64,000 nt of DNA from Lentisphaerota bacterium (lineage in GTDB: Bacteria > Verrucomicrobiota > Kiritimatiellia > UBA8416 > JAUUYL01): positions 6,084-70,083 of the forward strand of contig JAUUYL010000005.1 in assembly GCA_030590485.1 (NCBI GenBank), given 5' to 3'. The notes beneath the pieces are model-generated. The model searched no databases. It was not told the origin of the DNA and worked only from the letters and a program-made list of their open reading frames with translations. A program made the translations under genes and the position numbers. Positions 37,362 to 45,249 of this stretch are shown one piece after another (position 1 is the stretch's first letter; each line of letters starts with the position of its first letter).

Positions 37362-39343
37362 TGGGAATGCTCCACTTTAAGCCGATAGAATCCCTTGGTT
37401 TCAACGCTGTGCACGGTGTCGGTATAGCTGTTCCAAGGAGGGGTTCCCTGGATCCCGTTCGTAACCAACTGCATTGATTCCGATAAATTGCTGCTCCAAT
37501 ACAGGCTGTATGAGCGGTCGTACTGTCCGCGCCAGAGCAGTACGAAGTTGCCGGAAGCCGCATCTACGGCCTGGTCTTCAATTTCAAACACAGCTGCCGC
37601 ACTAAAGGGGTCGGTGCCGGCAATCCATTCGTCTGTATTGATAACCCCGTCACCATCAGTATCCAGAGCTGGGTCAAGGTCGGTGACTTCCGTGAAGTTG
37701 GCTTCCCACCAGTCGGAAATTCCGTCGCCATCAAGGTCGGCTTCTCCGATAGAGTTCGTGGGGTATATGTCTATGCCAAATACATTGGTCGAGGAAAGGC
37801 CTCCGGAATCGGTTACACTGACACGGACGCTCTGGGAGGTAGTCACGCTGTAATCGAACGTCGTCTGCACCATCAGGTTTGCGCCGTCGATGGAAAAGTT
37901 AGTGTTACCAGAGTTTCCGTCTCCCGCGACGAGCGAATAGGTCTGTGTGTCGCCCAGATCCTCGTCAAGCGCGGTGAAAGTTCCCGCAAGTGTATTTGTG
38001 GGTTGTCCCTCAAGAACATAGGCAGAGCTGAGTTCAAGGTAAGTCGGAGCTTCGTTGATGTCTGTAACCGTTAACCTCAGGTTTTGTGCCAGCATGAGAT
38101 TGCTTGAGTTTGCGCCTGTCACGGCAATCCGAATCGACATATTGGTAATCTGCTCAAAGTCCAGTGATTGCGCGGTGATAAGATTAGTTCCGTTAATTTC
38201 GAAGAAGGCGTTATCATCGGGCCAGGTTGGTGCCGCCAGCATGTAGGTAACAGGGCCGACCGGGGCAAGGGAAAGGCTTAAGGTTCCAACCGTTGTGCCC
38301 ACAGGAATATTTTCGGCCACGGGGGAAGCATTAAGTTGAACATCGCCTAACGTGGCTTGTTGGCGGATCACCTCGACACGACCATCCGCGCTACTGCCAA
38401 CGATGACGCTGTTGCTGCCGTTAGATGGGTCGGTAATAAGAATATCGAGCCCAAGGTTAATCGTTCCGGGGGTTGTTCCGTGACCACCATAATTAATACC
38501 TTTGTACGTGCCTGTGTCGGCATCCCATACCTGAATCTTCCCTAAAAAAACATCAAGAGCATGAATTTGGTAATTATTATCAACCGCAACGCTCTGGAGG
38601 GTTCCGACTTTTCCGACGTCAATCGCAGACCCGATGAGTGGAGGGGTTAGAACTCTCAATAGGTTTCTGTTTAAATCAAAAACCTGAAAACGATCGTTGC
38701 CCTGGTCAGCCACAAACAATTCGCCTACAGCCTGCCCTGCCGCATTCGTGCGATATGCAACATCAACGGAAATAGGGAATCTGAATTCACCATCTGCAGT
38801 GCCGAACGATCCAATGTCACCCAGATGCACCCCGTCCATGCTGAAGGTTCGAATGCAGTGTGAAGCGCTGTCGGCTATATACAGGTTACCATAAAAATCA
38901 AGCGCGATGTCACTTGGCACACTTAGCAGGCCTGTGCCGATATTTCGCTGGAAGTCCCCGTTCTCGTCATAAACCTGCACGGCACTGACGCCGCGGTTAC
39001 CAACAAACATGGTCCCGTCAAAGCCTACTGCAATACCGAGCGGGAAGTTTTGGTACTTAAGTTCGCCGATAGGAGAGAGGGATGCATCATAAATGAAGAC
39101 CGAACCAACCACGGGGTCCGTCACGTAAATTTTTCCTGCGGGCCCACGCGCTAAACGAGAAGGGGATTTAATGCTGTGGATAACACTAAGATCTGCAGCT
39201 TTCGCCGTGAAGGATAGAATTAGAACAAGACCCAGGAGCAGATAGAGGCAAGCGCCCCTGCATATATCTCGATAACATGAATATGATAGACTCATCCTGA
39301 TGTCCATTTCGATCACTAAACTGCTGGTTACAAAAACGCCCAT
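37358..39343 (-). CDS. Secreted NHL-repeat, cadherin-like and thrombospondin-type-3-repeat surface protein
   Basis: NHL repeats include 'FRFPISVDVAY...ELFVADQGNDRFQVFD'. The cadherin-type junction is 'LTVTDINEAPT'. Ca-binding TSP3-like repeats are 'DLDGDGISDWWE' and 'DTDGDGVINTDEW'. The start may be an internal Met (about 39295). Confidence 0.75.
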   Translation of the reverse strand: MGVFVTSSLVIEMDIRMSLSYSCYRDICRGACLYLLLGLVLILSFTAKAADLSVIHSIKSPSRLARGPAGKIYVTDPVVGSVFIYDASLSPIGELKYQNFPLGIAVGFDGTMFVGNRGVSAVQVYDENGDFQRNIGTGLLSVPSDIALDFYGNLYIADSASHCIRTFSMDGVHLGDIGSFGTADGEFRFPISVDVAYRTNAAGQAVGELFVADQGNDRFQVFDLNRNLLRVLTPPLIGSAIDVGKVGTLQSVAVDNNYQIHALDVFLGKIQVWDADTGTYKGINYGGHGTTPGTINLGLDILITDPSNGSNSVIVGSSADGRVEVIRQQATLGDVQLNASPVAENIPVGTTVGTLSLSLAPVGPVTYMLAAPTWPDDNAFFEINGTNLITAQSLDFEQITNMSIRIAVTGANSSNLMLAQNLRLTVTDINEAPTYLELSSAYVLEGQPTNTLAGTFTALDEDLGDTQTYSLVAGDGNSGNTNFSIDGANLMVQTTFDYSVTTSQSVRVSVTDSGGLSSTNVFGIDIYPTNSIGEADLDGDGISDWWEANFTEVTDLDPALDTDGDGVINTDEWIAGTDPFSAAAVFEIEDQAVDAASGNFVLLWRGQYDRSYSLYWSSNLSESMQLVTNGIQGTPPWNSYTDTVHSVETKGFYRLKVEHSQ

Positions 39344-39420
39344 ACCCCATTTATAATACTATACCATTAAGGCTTATTTGATGCGATGGGACATATCTAT
39401 GGTAAAGCGGACAAAATGTG

Positions 39421-39453
39421 ATAAAAGTGCAAGAAAAGGGTTTGAAAGCCCTT
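39421..39453 (-). terminator. Weak candidate intrinsic terminator after hemA
   Basis: On the minus strand, AAGGG-CTTTCAAA-CCCTT is followed by TTCTTGCACTTTTAT. The stem is only 5 bp. Confidence 0.3.
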
Positions 39454-40735
39454 ATTTTCTATGGCTTTTGAGGTTGAAGAGCTTTCTGACGGATTGAGCG
39501 AATTGCTCCCATTGTCCGTTTTTATGTGATTCTGCAAGCTGTTTTCTTGCTGGACCCATTAGTCGGTTTGAAAGACGGTGAACAAGATCTTTTAGCTCAT
39601 CGTGATGATGGGCTTCGAGCTTTGAGAAGGCTTCTTTGCTGAGAGTTTTCTCTAGTTCCTCTTCCTTGATGTTGTCGATGTATTCTGTCAGATCTTTCAT
39701 CAGGATCGGAAATGAATTGTCCGCAAATAAATCGGCAAGGGCGATTGCTTCCGTTTTTACTATCTCGGTGGCTGCGTCAACGGCCAGATGTCTGTGCGCC
39801 AGATTCTCATTGGTAATTTTCTGCAGGTCGTCGATGTCATAAAGATAGACGTTGTCCATGTTTGCGATTTCCGGTTCGATGTCTCTTGGAACAGCGATAT
39901 CGATCAGGAGAATGGGGCGGTTGTGACGTTTTTCTATGGCGGCTTTTACTGCACCCGTCTTGATCATGCAGTGCGGGGCACTTGTGCTGCTTATGACTAT
40001 GTCTGTCAGCGCAAGGTTTTCCTCAAGAAGGTCAAAGGTAATGGATTTTCCTCCGTACTCTTTGGCAAGCAGCGCGCCTTTATGCGCGGATCTGTTTGCC
40101 ACGATAACATTTTTCACACCGTGATCGATAAGGCTTTTTAGCGTCAGTTCACCCGTTTCTCCTGCGCCCACTATCATGGCGGTTTTTTCAGAGAGATTGT
40201 CGAAGACTTTTTGTGCAAAGTCGACTGCGATAGAGCTGACGGAAACGCGGCCGTGGCAGATGGTGGTTTCGGTGTGTACGCGCTTTGCGGTGCGGATTGA
40301 TTCCTGAAGGAGTTGATGCACGTATTTGCAGTCGGGCTGTGTTTCTACGGCTATGGAATATGCCTGCTTGACCTGCCCCAGAATCTCCGTCTCACCCACT
40401 ACCATGGAGTCCAGACTGGAGCAGACCCGCATCAGGTGTTCAATGGCGTCGGGTCCGGATTTCATGTAAAAATGAGTCATGTCGGCATCGGTCAGGCTGG
40501 TCTTGGCGCAATCGGCAAGCAGTTGAGCCATTTCCGCTTTATCCAGTGTGACGTCCTGCCCCGCAAGATAAAGTTCTGTTCGGTTGCAGGTCGACAGCAG
40601 AAATACATCGAGTTTACTGGTCTGTTCTTTGATAGCCTGGATGGCAGGCGAAATGCGCGCTTGAGTAAAGGAGAACTTCTCTCTTAGCTCCAGAGATGAT
40701 GTTTTGAAGTTTATGCCCAGTACTTTAATCTGCAT
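39452..40735 (-). CDS. hemA: Glutamyl-tRNA reductase
   Basis: 'MQIKVLGINFKTSSLELREKFSF', 'LSTCNRTELY' (active-site Cys) and NADPH site 'VGAGETGELT'. Confidence 0.95.
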   Translation of the reverse strand: MQIKVLGINFKTSSLELREKFSFTQARISPAIQAIKEQTSKLDVFLLSTCNRTELYLAGQDVTLDKAEMAQLLADCAKTSLTDADMTHFYMKSGPDAIEHLMRVCSSLDSMVVGETEILGQVKQAYSIAVETQPDCKYVHQLLQESIRTAKRVHTETTICHGRVSVSSIAVDFAQKVFDNLSEKTAMIVGAGETGELTLKSLIDHGVKNVIVANRSAHKGALLAKEYGGKSITFDLLEENLALTDIVISSTSAPHCMIKTGAVKAAIEKRHNRPILLIDIAVPRDIEPEIANMDNVYLYDIDDLQKITNENLAHRHLAVDAATEIVKTEAIALADLFADNSFPILMKDLTEYIDNIKEEELEKTLSKEAFSKLEAHHHDELKDLVHRLSNRLMGPARKQLAESHKNGQWEQFAQSVRKLFNLKSHRK

Positions 40736-40737
40736 GT

Positions 40738-41583
40738 TTAGTTTCCGATTGGTGTGCTTATAAAGCTATGCGAACTCTCCGTTACAATATGCACACCAAA
40801 GAATGTGAATAGCACAAATAGAAGTCCCGCAATAGTTGCGAGGGCTATTTTTCTGCCGTGTTGGTCCCCTTTAGTGCGAAGGTGAAGAAGGATGGCGTAG
40901 ACAATCCAAGTGGCTGCGGTTGCAGCGGCCTTTGGATCCATTATCCATTTTGAGACATCCGCGGTTTTGTGGGCCATCATAATTCCGAATGCGATGGAAG
41001 CGGTGAAGGTGATGAAAGCCAATCCTATCTGTCTTCGCATCAGCGAATCGAGAATCTCGAGTGACGGGAAGTTCTCGTAGGTCGCGCCAAAATGTTTTCT
41101 TTTCAGGTTGTTGTCCTGAATGAGGTAAATCAGTGCAAGGATGCTGGCAGTGGTGAAGAAGCCGTATCCAATAAACGCGGAGGAGACGTGGAGCGACAGC
41201 AATGATGTTGGCCATGTAGCATCTGGACTTGTGGGAACATCGTTGATCGAAGTCAAAGCGATTGCCATTACCAATGTGATGGATGGCAGAACTATAGCGG
41301 ACACACCCTTGAGATTATCTCGTGCAGCCATATTAATGTAAGAGATGAAGAGAGCGAGTGAGTACAGGCTTAAAGCTTCCATCTGGCCAAAGACAGGTAT
41401 CTTTCCTTCCTGAATGCCGCGAAGGGCAAGCAGGAGGATAATTGCAGTCGCACTGCATATTGACAGGGCGAGCACAGGTTTTTCGGTGAATGGGCGTTGG
41501 CGATTCAGCTGTGACAATGCTGTCACTGAAGCTGCAATGCAACAAGCTATTGCCGATCCTGCTAATATTATTTGCCATATCAT
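40738..41583 (-). CDS. CcsA/HemX-like cytochrome c assembly family membrane protein (copy 3, degenerate WWD)
   Basis: About 8 hydrophobic helices. 'SKWIMDPKAAATAATWIVYAILLHLR' sits where the WWD motif is in CcsA. The stop is 2 nt before the hemA start. Confidence 0.7.
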   Translation of the reverse strand: MIWQIILAGSAIACCIAASVTALSQLNRQRPFTEKPVLALSICSATAIILLLALRGIQEGKIPVFGQMEALSLYSLALFISYINMAARDNLKGVSAIVLPSITLVMAIALTSINDVPTSPDATWPTSLLSLHVSSAFIGYGFFTTASILALIYLIQDNNLKRKHFGATYENFPSLEILDSLMRRQIGLAFITFTASIAFGIMMAHKTADVSKWIMDPKAAATAATWIVYAILLHLRTKGDQHGRKIALATIAGLLFVLFTFFGVHIVTESSHSFISTPIGN

Positions 41584-41818
41584 ATTGTTTGTTTACCCAT
41601 TCTATATAGATTTATTTCTCTGAGAATATACTGAAATGAATCATGATGCAATATGGATAATTCTCAGTATATAGATAATATTGGTATCCATCCAGCGAGT
41701 GGGTTGAAAGTAATACAAAACAATGTATATGTTTTTGCTTTACTGAATATTAATTATGAGTTAGTTATAGGACAAATCTAAGAATCTAAACACAAAGATT
41801 CACAGAAGAGGTTGTTAT

Positions 41819-42829
41819 ATGTCACATGGTTCAGATGATTTCACGGCTAAAAGTTTGAAGGGCGGCATTGTAGAAAAAATATTTGATATGGCTCGCCGTC
41901 AATGTGGAATTACATTCTCGGTTGTTTTTCCCCGGACGGACGGCTGGGGGCATATCGATCTTAGAGATGCAGAGCAGAAAACCGACTTCTGTCGTGTGAT
42001 ACGGCAGTCGAAGGAAGGTGTTAAACATTGCAAGATGTGTCATGTGCTTATGTCTGTCGCAGCCTGCAGTCAAGGCCTGACCGAGCAAAAATGCCATGCT
42101 GGTGCGACAATCCTGGTGCAACCCATCGAAGAGGGCGGTGAGGGCGGAATGGCAATACTTACATCCTGCGCTTTTCGGCATGACGAGAAGGCCGCCGCTT
42201 GGAAGTTCGTCAAGCAGAGGGGCAAGCAACTTGGCCTGGAGGAAGAGGAGTTGAAAAAAGCTTTTTTGCAGCTCCCGGATCTCGATGATGCGAGGACTCA
42301 TTGCCTGACAGAGATACTGCCGTTGGCAATAGCGGCGATCAGAGAGCTTGGCCAGCGAATGGAGCTGGAAAATAAGCTGAAGGAGTGTCGAGCCAGCAGG
42401 GGTAAGCTATCGGCTGGCGAACATCTGAAGCAGGAGTTTGCAGATGTTGCTGAGAATCATGACAAATCCGAGGGCATGCCCGATATAGCGTCGATGAGGG
42501 GCAAGAAGACGCCGATCTTGATAAAAGTTGTCTGCTCGATGGTCAGACGCAGACCCCAGATACCTTATACAGTTGAGGAGCTTGCAACGGCGGCGAGAAT
42601 GACGCCTAATTATTTCTCGTCTATATTCCATAAGCATACAGGGCAGTGTTTTATGGACTATCTGACTGATCAAAGGATTGAAAGGGCGCAGAAGCTGCTG
42701 GCAGATCCATCTTTGAACGTCAGCGAGGTGGCTTCGATGTGCGGATATGATGACCCCGGATATTTCACTCGCAGGTTTAAGCGAAAGACCGGCATGACAC
42801 CCCGAGCATGGAGAGAAAAGAAGGGATGA
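41819..42829 (+). CDS. AraC-family transcription regulator with a PocR-like N-terminal sensor domain
   Basis: The N-terminus carries the Cys/His pattern 'FCRVIRQSKEGVKHCKMCH...C...KCHAG'. The C-terminus is an AraC-type dual HTH ('ELATAARMTPNYFSSIFHK...VSEVASMCGYDDPGYFTRRFKRKTGMTPRAWR'). Confidence 0.85.
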   Translation: MSHGSDDFTAKSLKGGIVEKIFDMARRQCGITFSVVFPRTDGWGHIDLRDAEQKTDFCRVIRQSKEGVKHCKMCHVLMSVAACSQGLTEQKCHAGATILVQPIEEGGEGGMAILTSCAFRHDEKAAAWKFVKQRGKQLGLEEEELKKAFLQLPDLDDARTHCLTEILPLAIAAIRELGQRMELENKLKECRASRGKLSAGEHLKQEFADVAENHDKSEGMPDIASMRGKKTPILIKVVCSMVRRRPQIPYTVEELATAARMTPNYFSSIFHKHTGQCFMDYLTDQRIERAQKLLADPSLNVSEVASMCGYDDPGYFTRRFKRKTGMTPRAWREKKG

Positions 42830-42859
42830 TTAGAATCATCCCTATTTCTGTATCTTTCT
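42823..42859 (+). terminator. Rho-independent terminator or attenuator
   Basis: GGGATGAT-TAGA-ATCATCCC forms a perfect 8-bp stem that includes the TGA stop, followed by TATTTCTGTATCTTTCT. Only about 25 nt separate it from the next ATG. Confidence 0.7.
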
Positions 42860-42883
42860 CCGGTCTTTTCTGTAGGAGTATTT

Positions 42884-43795
42884 ATGATACATAATATTTT
42901 AGGTGGTGAAAAAGTGAATTTATCAGACGACAGTGATCTTGCTCTTAACGGAGTAAAAGATTTGATTGTATCTGCCGTCAAAGATTCGTCTTTGTGTTCT
43001 ATGGTCGACAAGTTTGAAGACATCTTGAATGGCGGCAAGATGCTGAGGGCCCGTCTTGTTTTGAGGGTGGGTTCAGCTTCTGATGCAGACAGGGATGTCT
43101 TGTGGGCTGCTTCTGCCGCGGTGGAGATGATACATGCGGCCAGTCTTTTACATGATGATGTTATTGATGGCGGCAAATTGCGTCGGGGAGAGCCGGCATT
43201 ATGGATTCGAGAGGGTGTGCAGGGAGCCATATTGTTCGGTGATTTGCTGGTATGCAAGGCAATAGGAGTTTTGTTGGACGTGGGGGACGGCCGTTTGCTG
43301 AAGCCGTTTATAAAATTTACTTCGGAAATGTGTGACGCTGAGGTGGAGCAGGAACTTGTATTAAGGGGTAGTGAGACGAACTGGGCGCAGGCGGTCAGTA
43401 CGGCGCGCAGGAAGACAGGTTCGCTGTTTGCGTTCGCGGCGTATGCCGGTGCCGGTGCGGATGAGGATAAAAGATTGGCACTTTCTGAATCTGGATACGG
43501 CATAGGGACGGCATATCAGTTGGCTGATGACATTTTGGATGCTTTTGGAGATGCAGAGACTTCGAATAAGACTTTAGGTACGGATGCGGATCGCAGTAAA
43601 ATTACGGCGGCTAAAAGTTGGAAGCTTGCAAACGTTGATCCGATAAGTTATATAGATGGTCTTTGTGAGAAATCAAGGGCTCGTTTGGATGCTTGGCCTG
43701 AGCTTCAAGCTGTATGGGATAAATATTTTTATAGTGATATAGGGCCGACTATAGGTAGATTTGTAGAGAAGTTTTCGCTTGAAGCGGTGTCGTAA
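42884..43795 (+). CDS. trans-Polyprenyl diphosphate synthase (quinone side-chain type)
   Basis: First Asp-rich motif 'LLHDDVIDGGKLRRG', second 'YQLADDILD'. SD AGGAG lies upstream. Confidence 0.85.
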   Translation: MIHNILGGEKVNLSDDSDLALNGVKDLIVSAVKDSSLCSMVDKFEDILNGGKMLRARLVLRVGSASDADRDVLWAASAAVEMIHAASLLHDDVIDGGKLRRGEPALWIREGVQGAILFGDLLVCKAIGVLLDVGDGRLLKPFIKFTSEMCDAEVEQELVLRGSETNWAQAVSTARRKTGSLFAFAAYAGAGADEDKRLALSESGYGIGTAYQLADDILDAFGDAETSNKTLGTDADRSKITAAKSWKLANVDPISYIDGLCEKSRARLDAWPELQAVWDKYFYSDIGPTIGRFVEKFSLEAVS

Positions 43796-43808
43796 GGGAA
43801 CATTTTTG

Positions 43809-45176
43809 GTGAGCAAGACGTACAGGATAAAAAAGGGATTTGATATCGGATTGGCGGGACGGCCGTTAACCGAGCTTTCTGATGCATCCGCTGGATCTAC
43901 GGTGGCGGTTTATCCTCTTGAGTATACGGGCTTTAAGCAGCGTCTGAAGGTTACGGAAGGCGACGCCGTCAAACGCGGAACCGAATTGCTTGAGAACAAA
44001 AAGAACGTGAGACTCAAGATTTGTTCGCCAGCTTCAGGGAAGATTAAAAAAATCATCCGTGGCGAACGTCGGTTTGTCGAAAAGATCATCATCGAGACCG
44101 ATGAAAGCGGAGAGGCGGAGCGCTTCGGGCAATATACAGCCGATAAGATATCCGGTTTATCGAAAGATGATGTGATCAATCAGCTCCTGAGTACTGGGTA
44201 TATGGCATTTATCCGCCAACGCCCGTTTGGCGGAATAGCCGACCCTGAAGCTTCACCAAAATCTGTTTTTGTGAACGCTATGAATACCGGGCCATTTCAG
44301 GTGGATGCAACTGTTGCGGTTGGCGTTGATGCCGAAGGTTTTCAGGCTGGTCTGGATATTCTCACCCGTCTAACCGATGGGGCTGTACATTTGTGTGTTG
44401 GCCCTGAGGCTGGCGAGGTTCTCAAACAGGCAAGTAATGTGCAGGTGCATGTTTTTAAAGGGAAGCATCCTGCAGGTAATACAAGTGTTCATATCAGCAA
44501 GATTGAACCCATGGCGTCGACGGATGTTGTTTGGACTGCTAAAGCCGTCGATGTTGTTCTGATAGGAAGACTCTTTCTTGATGGTGAATTGCCTACAACG
44601 AGGGTTATCGCGATTGGCGGACCGGGCGTTAAGAAGGAATTTTGTAAGCATTATCGTGTAAACATTGGCGGCGAACTGGGAGGTTTGCTTTCTGATGCGC
44701 TGGTTGATGGTGAACAGCGTCTGATAAACGGAGACGCGTTGACTGGAGAGACGGTGGAGGCGAGTCCTAGCCTGCGCTTACAGCAGTCGGCGTTGACGGT
44801 TGTGCCAGAGGGGCGCACACGTCAGTTTCTTGGCTGGGTGGAGCCTGGATTTAATCAGATGAGTTTTTCCAGGTTATGCGCGTCGACATTTATTGGCGGC
44901 CGTAACCGAAAGTGGAAATTGGACACCAACACACATGGGGGTGTTCGCGCGATGGTCTTTACTGGATATTATGACAAGGTCATGCCGATGAATATAATGG
45001 TCGACTATCTTGTCAGGGCGGTGCTGGCTGGCGATACTGATGAGTCTATCAGCCACGGCATACTGGAGACGCTTCCGGAAGACTACGCGTTATGTGAATT
45101 TATATGTCCCTGCAAGATGGAATTGCAGGAGATAATAGCCGACGGCTTGAAGATGATAGAAGAAGAAGGGATATGA
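43809..45176 (+). CDS. nqrA: Na+-translocating NADH:quinone oxidoreductase subunit A
   Basis: From GTG 43809: 'VSKTYRIKKGFDIGLAGRP...' matches the canonical NqrA N-terminus ('..IKKGLDLPIAG'). It is first in the gene order nqrA-F. Confidence 0.9.
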   Translation: MSKTYRIKKGFDIGLAGRPLTELSDASAGSTVAVYPLEYTGFKQRLKVTEGDAVKRGTELLENKKNVRLKICSPASGKIKKIIRGERRFVEKIIIETDESGEAERFGQYTADKISGLSKDDVINQLLSTGYMAFIRQRPFGGIADPEASPKSVFVNAMNTGPFQVDATVAVGVDAEGFQAGLDILTRLTDGAVHLCVGPEAGEVLKQASNVQVHVFKGKHPAGNTSVHISKIEPMASTDVVWTAKAVDVVLIGRLFLDGELPTTRVIAIGGPGVKKEFCKHYRVNIGGELGGLLSDALVDGEQRLINGDALTGETVEASPSLRLQQSALTVVPEGRTRQFLGWVEPGFNQMSFSRLCASTFIGGRNRKWKLDTNTHGGVRAMVFTGYYDKVMPMNIMVDYLVRAVLAGDTDESISHGILETLPEDYALCEFICPCKMELQEIIADGLKMIEEEGI

Positions 45177-45249
45177 GGACAGTGGACGGTGGCGGTAAAG
45201 AGCAAACCCTACAGTCCAAAGGTCTTAACAGTCCGGGGCAAAGGAAATA
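45177..45249. repeat. Structured intercistronic repeat element (copy 1): GGACAGT/GGACGGT units plus downstream ACAGTCC units
   Basis: GGACAGTGGACGGTGG...CCCTACAGTCCAAAGGTCTTAACAGTCCGGGGCAAAGG. It shares blocks with the nqrD-nqrE spacer (GGACAGTGGAC(R)GTG, ACCCTAC(M)GTCCA(W)AG, CCGGGGCA). Confidence 0.8.

Noticed and set aside
33764-39343. Calling the second cytochrome cassette a genomic island or mobile element
   Set aside because: No integrase, transposase, tRNA target or flanking direct repeats were found. The compositional difference is only a visual impression. It is kept as a hypothesis in the findings, not as a mobile_element feature.
42670-43503. 277-aa minus-strand ORF, and similar long antisense ORFs (for example 3160-3855, 8704-9186, 20122-20826, 13365-14006, 52540-53058, 56198-56737)
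   Set aside because: Each lies entirely antisense to a gene with clear family motifs (polyprenyl synthase, YcaO, MoxR, cytochrome, GH2, kinase, hemCD). Their translations are low-complexity or Ser/Arg/Pro-rich with no motifs or SD. These are shadow ORFs.
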